Of a stretch of DNA of 64,000 nucleotides, positions 56,576 through 64,000 are shown piece by piece. The notes beneath the pieces were generated by a model, which saw only the letters and a list, made by a program, of their open reading frames with translations, was not told the origin of the DNA and did not search any database. Source of the DNA: Christensenellaceae bacterium Phil10 (GTDB lineage: Bacteria; Bacillota; Clostridia; Christensenellales; CAG-917); NCBI GenBank assembly GCA_001940895.1, contig MSGY01000011.1:78942-142941 (forward strand), given 5' to 3'. How positions within the stretch are numbered: the first letter of the stretch is position 1; each line of letters opens with the position of its first letter. The translations under genes and the position numbers were made by a program.

Positions 56576-57075
56576 TGTTTTTTTTCGGTTTTACCCTTTT
56601 TTCCGTCGGAAGTCAGTGTTTCTTTAAGCTGTACGAGACTTTCGATTTCGTTAAGCAAAGTATTGATATCCTTGAACTGACGGTGCACGCTTGCGAATCT
56701 GACGTAAGCCACTTCGTCGAGCTGTTTCAGTTCCTCCATAACGAGGTCGCCTATTTCGCTGCTGGTGATTTCCTGTTCGAGACTGTTATAAACCTGTTTC
56801 TGGACGTTGTTTATCACCTTGTCGATATCGTACATCGAAACGGGACGTTTTTCGCACGCTTTCATAACGCCGGCGCGGATTTTGTTTACGTCGAAAGCCT
56901 GACGGTTTCCGCTTTTCTTGACGACCATTATAGGCGTATATTCGACGGTTTCGTAAGTGGTAAAACGCTTTCCGCAATTCACACACTCGCGACGGCGTCT
57001 TATCGACGTTCCGTCCTCGTTAAGTCTGCTGTCGACGACTTTGCTTTCGAGACAGCCGCAGTACATACATTTCAT
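56572..57075 (-). CDS. nrdR: Transcriptional repressor NrdR
   Basis: Trimmed to ATG 57075 (MKCMYCGCLESKVVDSR...), with GAGGTG upstream. Zn ribbon CxxC...CxxC plus an ATP-cone. Confidence 0.9.
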   Translation of the reverse strand: MKCMYCGCLESKVVDSRLNEDGTSIRRRRECVNCGKRFTTYETVEYTPIMVVKKSGNRQAFDVNKIRAGVMKACEKRPVSMYDIDKVINNVQKQVYNSLEQEITSSEIGDLVMEELKQLDEVAYVRFASVHRQFKDINTLLNEIESLVQLKETLTSDGKKGKTEKKQ

Positions 57076-57090
57076 AGCGCACCTCACCGC

Positions 57091-57119
57091 AAAAAAATGT
57101 CGTTTGTCCTGAAACGACA
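57091..57119 (-). terminator. Intrinsic terminator-like hairpin in the nrdR leader
   Basis: Minus strand: TGTCGTTT-CAGGAC-AAACGACA followed by T7. Lies between a promoter-like element (57125-57153) and the nrdR RBS. Confidence 0.55.
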
Positions 57120-57245
57120 GGATTATGATACAACATATTGTGGTGAAGGTCAAGTTTTTTTAACAAAAACCGTCTTTTGCACACATCATAAGCCGTTGAA
57201 GATTGTCGTTTTGCGAAAATCGTCGTCTTGCGGACAGATATCGCC

Positions 57246-57548
57246 TTACGCTCTCGGGTTTTCCTGCGGTTCGGTCTCCTCGTCTCCCGACATTATTCTT
57301 GCCGTTTGTCCCGTAAGCTCGACGAGTACGGCGTCGGTGCCTATCTTGCATACGTTGTGCCAGGGTATGAACAACGCGTCGCCCGACGTCAGACTTTTAA
57401 TAAATTTGGTATTGCCGGGAACGATAATGCCGAAAATCTGTCCCCGGCAGGTAAACGCGATATCGACGGCCCGCCCGAGACACCTTCCGTCGGTAACGTT
57501 GATGACGTCCTTTTCCCTGAGTTCGCAAAAAGTATATTCTTTACTCAT
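57246..57548 (-). CDS. ylmC: YlmC/YmxH family sporulation protein (PRC-barrel)
   Basis: 100 aa. ELREKDVINVTDGRCLGRAVDIAF...GIIVPG is typical of the family. Downstream of sigG. Confidence 0.8.
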   Translation of the reverse strand: MSKEYTFCELREKDVINVTDGRCLGRAVDIAFTCRGQIFGIIVPGNTKFIKSLTSGDALFIPWHNVCKIGTDAVLVELTGQTARIMSGDEETEPQENPRA

Positions 57549-57590
57549 AGGAAAATTTTATGACGCGCGTTTTGCGAATATACCGCTCCT

Positions 57591-58364
57591 TTAAGACAGA
57601 TATTTTCTTATCGATTCGATTGCGCTCTTCTCGAGACGCGACACCTGCGCCTGCGATATATTCACGAGTTTCGAAATCTCGACCTGCGTTTTTCCCTCGA
57701 AATATCTGAGATACAGAATTTCCCGTTCTCTTTCTCCCACCTTGGAAACCGCCTCCGACAACGCGAGGTTTTCCGTCCATTTCTCGTCCGTGTTTCTGGT
57801 ATCCGCAAGCTGGTCCATAAGAAGCATATTGTCTTCGCCCGAATTTCCCACAGGCTCGAAGTAACTCACCGTATCCGAAACAGCGTCGAGCGCGCAGGCG
57901 ATTTCCGATACCGGCACGTCTATTTCTTTTGCGATTTCCGTCATACAGGAATTCATATCGGCGCCCGCGTTTATCATACGCTCGCGCGCGCTCAATGCGC
58001 GATACGCTATGTCCCTCTGACTTCTGCTGACTTTTATTCCCGTGCTTTCCCTCTGATAGCGTCTGATTTCGCCTATAATCATCGGCACGGCGTACGTTGA
58101 AAACTTCACGTTCTGCGACACGTCGAAGTTGTTAAGCGCTTTTAAAAGTCCCACGCACCCCACCTGAAAAAGGTCGTCGGCTTCGCCTCTTCCTCCCGAA
58201 AACCTTTGCACGATAGACAATACCAGACGAAGATTCGCGGTAATAAATTCTTTCTTTTTTTCGTCGTCGCCCTCTTTGATTTCGGCAAGATAGCGCCTGC
58301 TTTCCTCCCCCGATATCTTCGGTAACGTCGACGTGTCGACGCCAATGATTTCGATTCGTTTCAT
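57591..58364 (-). CDS. sigG: RNA polymerase sporulation sigma factor SigG
   Basis: 257 aa. IEIIGVDTSTLP...NLRLVLSIVQRF...DDLFQVGCVGLLKALNNFD...NVKFSTYAVPMIIGEIRRY closely parallels B. subtilis SigG. Confidence 0.92.
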   Translation of the reverse strand: MKRIEIIGVDTSTLPKISGEESRRYLAEIKEGDDEKKKEFITANLRLVLSIVQRFSGGRGEADDLFQVGCVGLLKALNNFDVSQNVKFSTYAVPMIIGEIRRYQRESTGIKVSRSQRDIAYRALSARERMINAGADMNSCMTEIAKEIDVPVSEIACALDAVSDTVSYFEPVGNSGEDNMLLMDQLADTRNTDEKWTENLALSEAVSKVGEREREILYLRYFEGKTQVEISKLVNISQAQVSRLEKSAIESIRKYLS

Positions 58365-58381
58365 AAAAAAAACCTCCTGCG

Positions 58382-58407
58382 TGATATGTAGAAGGTTTTC
58401 GTTATAC
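58382..58407 (-). promoter_or_regulatory. Possible forespore-type (sigma-F/sigma-G) promoter for sigG
   Basis: Minus strand: GTATA (58407-58403), 14 nt, then CATATCA (58388-58382). This resembles GnATA...CATnnTA. Motif match only, and I am unsure of the expected spacing. Confidence 0.25.
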
Positions 58408-58451
58408 GGGGATTTAGTCGGGTCGGAAATCGGAATCGACGCGTTGAATTG

Positions 58452-59165
58452 TCACACTAGTTTTCCTATTTCCTTTTTCAGTTTCGACACGATTTTCTTT
58501 TCGAGTCTCGATATGTACGACTGCGATATGCCCATTTCGGCGGCGATTTCTTTTTGCGTTTTTTCCTCTTCGCCGAAAAGCCCGAATCGCATTTTAAGGA
58601 TTTTCTTCTCTCTTTCGCAAAGATGCGCGAAACTTTCGGCAAGGATATCCTTTTCTGCGCCGCTTTCGACGTCCTTGTAAATCACGTCGCTGTCGGTGCC
58701 GAGAATGTCCGATAAAAGCAGAACGTTACCCTCCCAGTCGACGTTAAGCGGTTCGTCGAAAGATATTTCGGCCTTTTGCCGCACCGTCTTTCTAAGATGC
58801 ATCAGAATTTCGTTTTCTATGCATCGGCTTGCGTAAGTCGCAAGTTTTATCTGCTTTGAAAAATCGAAACTGTTCACCGCTTTTATAAGGCCTATCGTGC
58901 CTACGGAAATAAGGTCTTCCATTTCTATTCCCGTGTTTTCGAAGCGTTTCGCGATATACACGACGAGTCTCAGATTGCGTTCGATAAGTTCGTCCTTCGC
59001 GCTTTTGTCGCCCGCATTAAGCCTTTTTACAACCTCCGCCTCCTCCTCGGGCGTCAGAGGCGCCGGTAAGGCCTCTCCTCCGCAAAGATAATCCGCAGAG
59101 TCGCTTCCCGCGCTTAAATCGAAGGCTTTTTTAAGCCAGTCGAAAATTTTTCTTATTAATTCCAT
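58452..59165 (-). CDS. sigE: RNA polymerase sporulation sigma factor SigE (pro-sigma-E)
   Basis: 237 aa. YLCGGEALPAPLTPEEE...IERNLRLVVYIAKRFENTGIEMEDLISVGTIGLIKAV...ATYASRCIENEILMHLR parallels B. subtilis pro-SigE. Follows spoIIGA. Confidence 0.92.
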   Translation of the reverse strand: MELIRKIFDWLKKAFDLSAGSDSADYLCGGEALPAPLTPEEEAEVVKRLNAGDKSAKDELIERNLRLVVYIAKRFENTGIEMEDLISVGTIGLIKAVNSFDFSKQIKLATYASRCIENEILMHLRKTVRQKAEISFDEPLNVDWEGNVLLLSDILGTDSDVIYKDVESGAEKDILAESFAHLCEREKKILKMRFGLFGEEEKTQKEIAAEMGISQSYISRLEKKIVSKLKKEIGKLV

Positions 59166-59173
59166 ATTCCCTC

Positions 59174-59968
59174 CTATAACGCGTCGGCGTTGTAAATGAG
59201 TTTGAATTCCGAAAAAACGTTGTCCGCTACCGCAACGGGAATTTTTTCGAACACTTTGTCTCCGTCGGAATTATGTATTACGATTTTGTCCGCAAGCACT
59301 ACCGGGCACGATTTTACCGAGTGTACCGTCGCAATCTCAATCTTTCGGCTTTTTTCGTCGACGTACGGTTTTCCTATATCGTTTGACAGAATCACGACGG
59401 ATTTTCCAGTAACGCTGTCGATAATGCGGTTTCCCGTATCGTTGAAACAGGACACCTTTAATCGATTATCGTTGATAAACAACTCGCACGAACGGGCGTC
59501 CGAGGCCGAAATTCGCCTTCTCGCGGCAAAACGCCCCGCTTCCCAGGAGAAAACCCATAAAAAAGCAAAAGCACCCGTTACGGCGTATTTTACGGCTTTC
59601 CCGCCCGCATACGCGAGCGCGCTCCCGCTCGTAAGCGTCATACCGAGAAAAGCGTACGCGGCGCCGCCGGCAATAAACGAGAGCGCGGAAAACACGACTA
59701 TGAACAGCAGATACTTCTTAAAGCGCTCGTATTTAGCCGCAAAAGCCGTCGTACAAATCAGAGCGCACGTTTTATATACGACCAGCGCACGTCCGACGAA
59801 AGGCAGACAGACCGCAAACGTCGCGCCTATAAGCGCCGACAGCAAAACCCTTATCCGGGATTTCGGAAGTTTAAGCGCCGTAACGGCAAGCGACAGCAAC
59901 GCTCCGTTTACGACGAAGTTCTGCAACGCGACTTCTTCGATATAAACCACGACTAAATTCTTGCACAA
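59174..59968 (-). CDS. spoIIGA: Sigma-E processing peptidase SpoIIGA
   Basis: 264 aa with five N-terminal TM helices and a C-terminal aspartic protease motif FNDTGNRIID. The start is TTG 59968 in the track. GTG 59950 is an alternative. Neither has a good RBS. Confidence 0.85.
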   Translation of the reverse strand: MCKNLVVVYIEEVALQNFVVNGALLSLAVTALKLPKSRIRVLLSALIGATFAVCLPFVGRALVVYKTCALICTTAFAAKYERFKKYLLFIVVFSALSFIAGGAAYAFLGMTLTSGSALAYAGGKAVKYAVTGAFAFLWVFSWEAGRFAARRRISASDARSCELFINDNRLKVSCFNDTGNRIIDSVTGKSVVILSNDIGKPYVDEKSRKIEIATVHSVKSCPVVLADKIVIHNSDGDKVFEKIPVAVADNVFSEFKLIYNADAL

Positions 59969-60023
59969 CTATTTGTCGCATACTTTCCGACGGAGTCGAT
60001 TTTTTTATACATTTTTGTGAATA

Positions 60024-60067
60024 ATTATACATTTTATATAAAAATTTTATGCATAAAATCTCTGCAA
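60024..60067 (-). promoter_or_regulatory. Candidate activator-dependent promoter region for spoIIGA-sigE
   Basis: Minus strand has TATAAT (60029-60024) with no matching -35 at 17 nt. TTGCAG (60067-60062) lies 21-23 nt upstream of TATATA/TATAAA hexamers (60033-60040). This recalls the over-long spacer of the B. subtilis spoIIG promoter. Confidence 0.3.
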
Positions 60068-60445
60068 GTCCGATATTTACTGGGTTTCTTGACTTATGCA
60101 ATTATGCAAAACTCAATTTTCAGCACTGAAAATTTAAGAAAAATCATGATAAACGCCGGCCGTTTTCAACCGGATTTACGTCGTACCCGACGCATTAACG
60201 AATACGGTATTTTTTTCAAAAATGTTTTACAATCCGAATAATAGCGTTGGAAAAAATTTCGGCGACGGACTCCGACCGGCGCTTCGAAAAGTTTTATGAA
60301 CTGCACTGTATTTTAAAATACTTACCGCCATAGCCACGCGATATCGACAATACCGGGCTCACGCGACCGACGGAAACCGGACTGAATTCGTTCCGAATAC
60401 AGACCCGTCTTTAAATAATTGCAGAATAATCGTTTATGGTTTGGT

Positions 60446-60472
60446 AAAAAAAAATATCCGCAACTGCGGATA
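60446..60472 (-). terminator. Rho-independent terminator about 440 nt downstream of ftsZ
   Basis: Minus strand: TATCCGC-AGTT-GCGGATA followed by T9 (plus A-run 60446-60454). This is the first convincing terminator after the ftsZ stop. Confidence 0.7.
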
Positions 60473-60908
60473 ATAAAAAAGTTATCAACTGTCGATAACC
60501 CGTTTTGTATATTTCGTTCCGGCGGGAATTATGTCCGACGTACGACGTCGGGGCTTCCTCAATCCGATAGGGAATATTCCCGTTTTGCCGTAAAAGCCGA
60601 AATCGCACCGATAAACCGCAACGCGTCCCTGTTGTACGACGCCGCGTCAAAACCCGCGTGCGTGCGCGCTTTATCCGGGTGCCCTGCTCTTGCTCGGGGA
60701 GCGGGCGCCCGGGATATATTCAGTAAATGTCGTGCGCTTCGTCGGTTTTACGACGAGACAATAAATTTCAGAATTTCTCCTCCGAAACGATACGTCCTTA
60801 CGCGCGGGAAAGCACACGCACACGCGTTACGCGTCCGCATACTTTTCGCGTTGTCCGATTGTCTGCGCGGTTATCTCGGCGCGGTCGTTTCTCGGGAATG
60901 GTTTTTCG

Positions 60909-62111
60909 TCAGTTCGAACGAGAGCGAATCATACGAAGGAATTCGGGAATGTCCTTATCGCCCGTATCCATTCTGCTGCTGTTCACTTCGCCCTGTCTTG
61001 CGCCCGCCATAACGGGTTCGCGGACGGGAGTTTCGGGCTGAACGATTTCGGCGCGGACGGCGTTAAGGTCGTCTTTTTTGTTTTCCTCTACCGACGCCTG
61101 AAACGCGCTTGCGTCGAAAAGTTTAGCGCCCATATCGAATTCGGGAGTGCGCTGAACGTGACCGTTGAAGCCGGTAGCGATAATGGTAACCACGACCTTG
61201 TCGCCCAGTTCTTCGTCAACGCCCGCGCCGAAGATGATGTTGGCGCTGCTGTCGACGACGTCCTGAACGAGTTTGGACGCTTCGGCAACTTCCGAAAGAG
61301 AAATGTCGAGACCGCCGGTTACGTTGATGATTACGCCCGTTGCGCCTTCGATATCCGTTTCGAGAAGAGGCGACTGAACGGCCTGACGGACAGCCTCGAG
61401 AGTGCGGTTTTCGCCCTCGCCGCATCCGATACCCATATGGGCAAGACCTTTGTTGGACATAACAGTACGCACGTCGTTGAAATCAAGATTGATGAGAGCG
61501 GGATTGACGATAAGGTCGGAAATGCCCTGAATACCCTGACGAAGCACGTCGTCGGCAACCTGAAACGCTTTAACGATAGGAGTGCCCTTGGGAACTACGC
61601 TTAAAAGTTTTTCGTTGGGAATTATAACGAGAGTGTCGACGTACTGACGGAGATTTTCGATACCTTTTTCGGCGTTCTCCATACGTCTTTTGCCCTCGAA
61701 ATTGAAAGGCTTGGTAACTACCGCGACGGTAAGAATACCCATTTCGCGCGCAAGACTCGCAACGACGGGTGCCGCGCCCGTGCCGGTGCCGCCGCCCATA
61801 CCTGCCGTAATGAATACGAGGTCGTTATCCTGCAATACTTCTTTGATTTGTTCGATACTTTCCTGAGCGGCTTTTTCGCCGATCGAGGGGTCGGCGCCTG
61901 CGCCGAGGCCTTTGGTGAGTTCGGCTCCGAGTTGAATTTTCAGTTCCGCCTTGCTGCGGATAAGAGCCTGATAATCGGTATTCATAGCGACAAATTCGGC
62001 GCTTTTGATACCTGCGTCAATCATTCTGTCGACTGCGTTGTTTCCGCCGCCTCCGACGCCGATTACGCGAATACGAGCAACATTTACCGGTGAACCGTAC
62101 ATAGAATTCAT
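60909..62111 (-). CDS. ftsZ: Cell division protein FtsZ
   Basis: 400 aa. [21 protein letters not shown] (tubulin signature), C-terminal DIPEFLR peptide. Confidence 0.97.
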   Translation of the reverse strand: MNSMYGSPVNVARIRVIGVGGGGNNAVDRMIDAGIKSAEFVAMNTDYQALIRSKAELKIQLGAELTKGLGAGADPSIGEKAAQESIEQIKEVLQDNDLVFITAGMGGGTGTGAAPVVASLAREMGILTVAVVTKPFNFEGKRRMENAEKGIENLRQYVDTLVIIPNEKLLSVVPKGTPIVKAFQVADDVLRQGIQGISDLIVNPALINLDFNDVRTVMSNKGLAHMGIGCGEGENRTLEAVRQAVQSPLLETDIEGATGVIINVTGGLDISLSEVAEASKLVQDVVDSSANIIFGAGVDEELGDKVVVTIIATGFNGHVQRTPEFDMGAKLFDASAFQASVEENKKDDLNAVRAEIVQPETPVREPVMAGARQGEVNSSRMDTGDKDIPEFLRMIRSRSN

Positions 62112-63289
62112 CCTCCTATTTTGGATAAAAGATTTTGTAGTATTTTATTAAAACCCGTCAGTTCCTGCGCGTTGAGCTCGGAAGCCACGTCGAGCAATGC
62201 GATTGTCGACGAAAACTTCGGCTTGTTGTAACAGGGAACGTCGGGAGCAATAACATCTATAGGTTTTTTCAGCACCTGAGACATATATTCTTTCGCGCCG
62301 CGGACGGAAGTAACTCCGTTACCGGTAAGATAGACGGGACAATGCGCGTTGCATTCGAACCCCGACTGCGCGATGCTTTCGTTAATAAATTCGACTATAG
62401 TATCGAGACGCGATTTCGCTATCTCGTTGACGTCGAGCGCCGAAAAACGGTATTTTCCGTTCTCGCCCGCTTCGTAATAACTGCTCTCGTCGTAAGCAAG
62501 AGAAAGGTCTATTTTGTTTTTGACTTCCTCCGCCGCCGAAAAAGGCACGTCGAACATCATCGAGATATCGCTTGCGATATGCCCTCCTCCAAGCGAGAAC
62601 GAAGTAAGATTAACGAGTCCGTCGCCCTGCACCACCGCAACGCTGCTCGTAATGTATCCGACGTCTACGAGAAGCTGACGGCGATAACGCTTGTCCTCCG
62701 ACAACAGAGACATACCTTCCGCCCACGCCGACGATACGTACTCGACTTCTTTAAGATGAAGGTCTTTCGCGATTTCTTCGAAAAACGTCGTAAAACTTCT
62801 TTCGCACAACACGTATGACACAAGCGCGGTGATTTTGTACGCTTCGAGTCCCCGCGGTTCGAGATAACGCCTCGTTTTATCGTCGAGAGTATAGTAAACG
62901 GCAAAATTGCCTATCGTCGTATAACGACTGTGGTTTTTATACGTATCGCCCTGTTCGAACAAAGCCGTCAGGTCGGCGTCCGTAATGCGTTGTGCGCGGG
63001 CGCGTGCGAAAACGACTTCTTTAACGACGAGAGCAATAAATTCCGACGGTACGCCGACGTAAAGTTTTTTTACTTTTACGCCGCTCTCCGCTTCGGCAAT
63101 CCGTAAAGCTTTCCCGACAGTATTTCTCACGTCGTCGGGATTGAACCATCTTCCGCCCGAAAAGCCGCTGTAATAACATGAGCCGAAGCCCTTGATATTG
63201 TAAACGCCCTTTTCCGATTTGCCGCCTATCATTACGGATATTTTTTTGGAGCCGATATCGAGTACGGCCACGTCGTTGATTTTTGGCAT
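62108..63289 (-). CDS. ftsA: Cell division protein FtsA
   Basis: 393 aa with an actin-like fold ([31 protein letters not shown]). Overlaps the ftsZ start by 4 nt. Confidence 0.9.
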   Translation of the reverse strand: MPKINDVAVLDIGSKKISVMIGGKSEKGVYNIKGFGSCYYSGFSGGRWFNPDDVRNTVGKALRIAEAESGVKVKKLYVGVPSEFIALVVKEVVFARARAQRITDADLTALFEQGDTYKNHSRYTTIGNFAVYYTLDDKTRRYLEPRGLEAYKITALVSYVLCERSFTTFFEEIAKDLHLKEVEYVSSAWAEGMSLLSEDKRYRRQLLVDVGYITSSVAVVQGDGLVNLTSFSLGGGHIASDISMMFDVPFSAAEEVKNKIDLSLAYDESSYYEAGENGKYRFSALDVNEIAKSRLDTIVEFINESIAQSGFECNAHCPVYLTGNGVTSVRGAKEYMSQVLKKPIDVIAPDVPCYNKPKFSSTIALLDVASELNAQELTGFNKILQNLLSKIGG

Positions 63290-63431
63290 AAAAACCTCAA
63301 ATAATTATTTATGTGTATTATATTATATAAATCGTGCGCGCGTCAAGTAATTTTATAAAATTATATAAATATTTATTTAAATCGCGCAACATGTACGCGC
63401 ATATGTAAATGCGTTAAGTCTTAAAAAGCAT

Positions 63432-63455
63432 AAAAAAACGGGCAACGCGTGCCCG
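63432..63455 (-). terminator. Rho-independent terminator after the ftsQ-like gene
   Basis: Minus strand: CGGGCA-cgcgt-TGCCCG followed by T7. An AT-rich region of about 140 nt with TTGACG-N18-TATAAT precedes ftsA. Confidence 0.65.
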
Positions 63456-63479
63456 CATGACGGTTTTATCCGGTTTTTC

Positions 63480-64000
63480 TCAGACGGACTCCCATCTGAA
63501 CGACTCCGTATCGGCGTAATATCTCGCGAAACCGCCCGTTCTTTCGGGACTGCCCTCTTCCGTACTCATATACCACTCGTAGGCAAGCGGTATCCTTTCG
63601 AGAATGTCCTCGGTTGTAAGACCGCTTCCTATACGGAGAGTCACTCCGCTTCTGGTTTTCACGTCTGTTACGTTGCTTTCGAAAACGACTTTCGATATGA
63701 ATGCGAGAAATTGCGCGGGAGTAAGTCCGCAATTATAAAAACCCGCGGCGACGTTCTGAAGATAAAAAATCTGGTCGCCGAACTCGACGGGCAAAGTTTT
63801 GCCCGATTCGATAGTATATCTTCCGACAAGCGAAAAACCTTCGACGGTTACGTATTTACCGTCCTCCGGTTTTTCGTCGAGTATGCCGAGAACAGTCATA
63901 TCTCCGTCGACGAGCACGTATCCTTCGGAAGCGCTTTGCGACAGTCTGTATCCCAACGCGTAAACGGGCACCCTTTTCGAAACGTGTATCACGACCTTAT
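63480..64000 (-). CDS. FtsQ/DivIB-like cell division protein, C-terminal part (gene continues beyond the right edge)
   Basis: The reading frame stays open to the window edge. Called mainly from its position upstream of ftsA-ftsZ and its beta-rich composition. No diagnostic motif seen. Confidence 0.5.
   Translation of the reverse strand, partial: KVVIHVSKRVPVYALGYRLSQSASEGYVLVDGDMTVLGILDEKPEDGKYVTVEGFSLVGRYTIESGKTLPVEFGDQIFYLQNVAAGFYNCGLTPAQFLAFISKVVFESNVTDVKTRSGVTLRIGSGLTTEDILERIPLAYEWYMSTEEGSPERTGGFARYYADTESFRWESV

Noticed and set aside
56575-57594. 339-aa plus-strand ORF
   Set aside because: It is antisense to nrdR and ylmC and spans the leader between them. No RBS, and the composition is implausible.
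60343-60349. Spo0A-box-like TGTCGAT (and TGTCGCA at 59973-59979)
   Set aside because: These are single 6/7 matches at implausible distances from the candidate promoter. Such matches are expected by chance in about 900 nt.
60411-61041. ORFs of 79 aa (-), 197 aa (+) and 104 aa (+) in the ftsZ-spoIIGA gap
   Set aside because: Their composition is Arg/Cys/Pro-rich and implausible. They have no RBS. The + ORFs run antisense into the ftsZ C-terminus. The region is treated as non-coding (see the finding on this gap).
1-64000. Looked for CRISPR arrays, IS elements, transposases, integrases, prophage genes, toxin-antitoxin pairs and rRNA
   Set aside because: I saw no regularly spaced direct repeats, no transposase, integrase or phage-like ORFs, and no rRNA-like sequence. 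The only small HTH gene (44280..44480) has no adjacent toxin-like partner.

Overview
This 64-kb window comes from a chromosome that looks like an endospore-forming Bacillota, probably Clostridia. It is mostly conserved core and sporulation genes. From position 1 to about 43.8 kb every gene lies on the minus strand.

Gene order, as laid out on the + strand; nearly all of these genes are on the minus strand, so each cluster is transcribed right to left:
- recJ (partial), secF, secD
- a SCIFF ranthipeptide precursor with its radical-SAM maturase
- dimeric dUTPase-like protein, M16 peptidase, polysaccharide deacetylase
- efp and an M24 peptidase
- the rimP-nusA-ylxR-ylxQ-infB-rbfA-nrnA-truB-ribF string
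- the rpsB-tsf-pyrH-frr-cdsA-dxr-rseP-ispG string
- yraN, rnhB, folD, nusB, asp23
- spoIIIAA-AH
- thrS with a T-box leader, a ytxC-like gene, and tRNA-Leu(GAG)
- a small accessory-looking patch (ABC proteins, ruvX, S8 protease, small unknown proteins, XRE regulator, DUF3343 plus cysteine desulfurase, rarA)
- a giant cyclic beta-1,2-glucan synthase-like gene of about 2,420 aa
- RNase P RNA
- an intact sigK, an RluA-family synthase, nrdR, ylmC
- sigG, sigE, spoIIGA, ftsZ, ftsA and a partial ftsQ-like gene

I found no transposase, integrase, phage gene or CRISPR array.

Most noteworthy observations:
1. The conserved polC slot between ispG and rimP holds a 571-aa protein. It has a PolC-like N-terminus, an OB fold and a DEDDh exonuclease domain, but no PHP or polymerase core.
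2. uppS is missing from the frr-cdsA junction. A tightly coupled 69-aa acidic ORF sits there instead.
3. About 940 nt between ftsZ and spoIIGA is non-coding. It contains a GC-rich, hairpin-dense stretch that ends in a strong terminator.
4. A full GT84 / cyclization / GH94 Cgs-like protein sits directly behind the rnpB terminator.
5. A MalK-like ABC protein has every catalytic motif except Walker A degenerate.

The ORF track uses the longest ORF and translates GTG/TTG starts as M. I trimmed several starts using RBS and terminator evidence. All family assignments come from reading motifs by eye. No searches were run.
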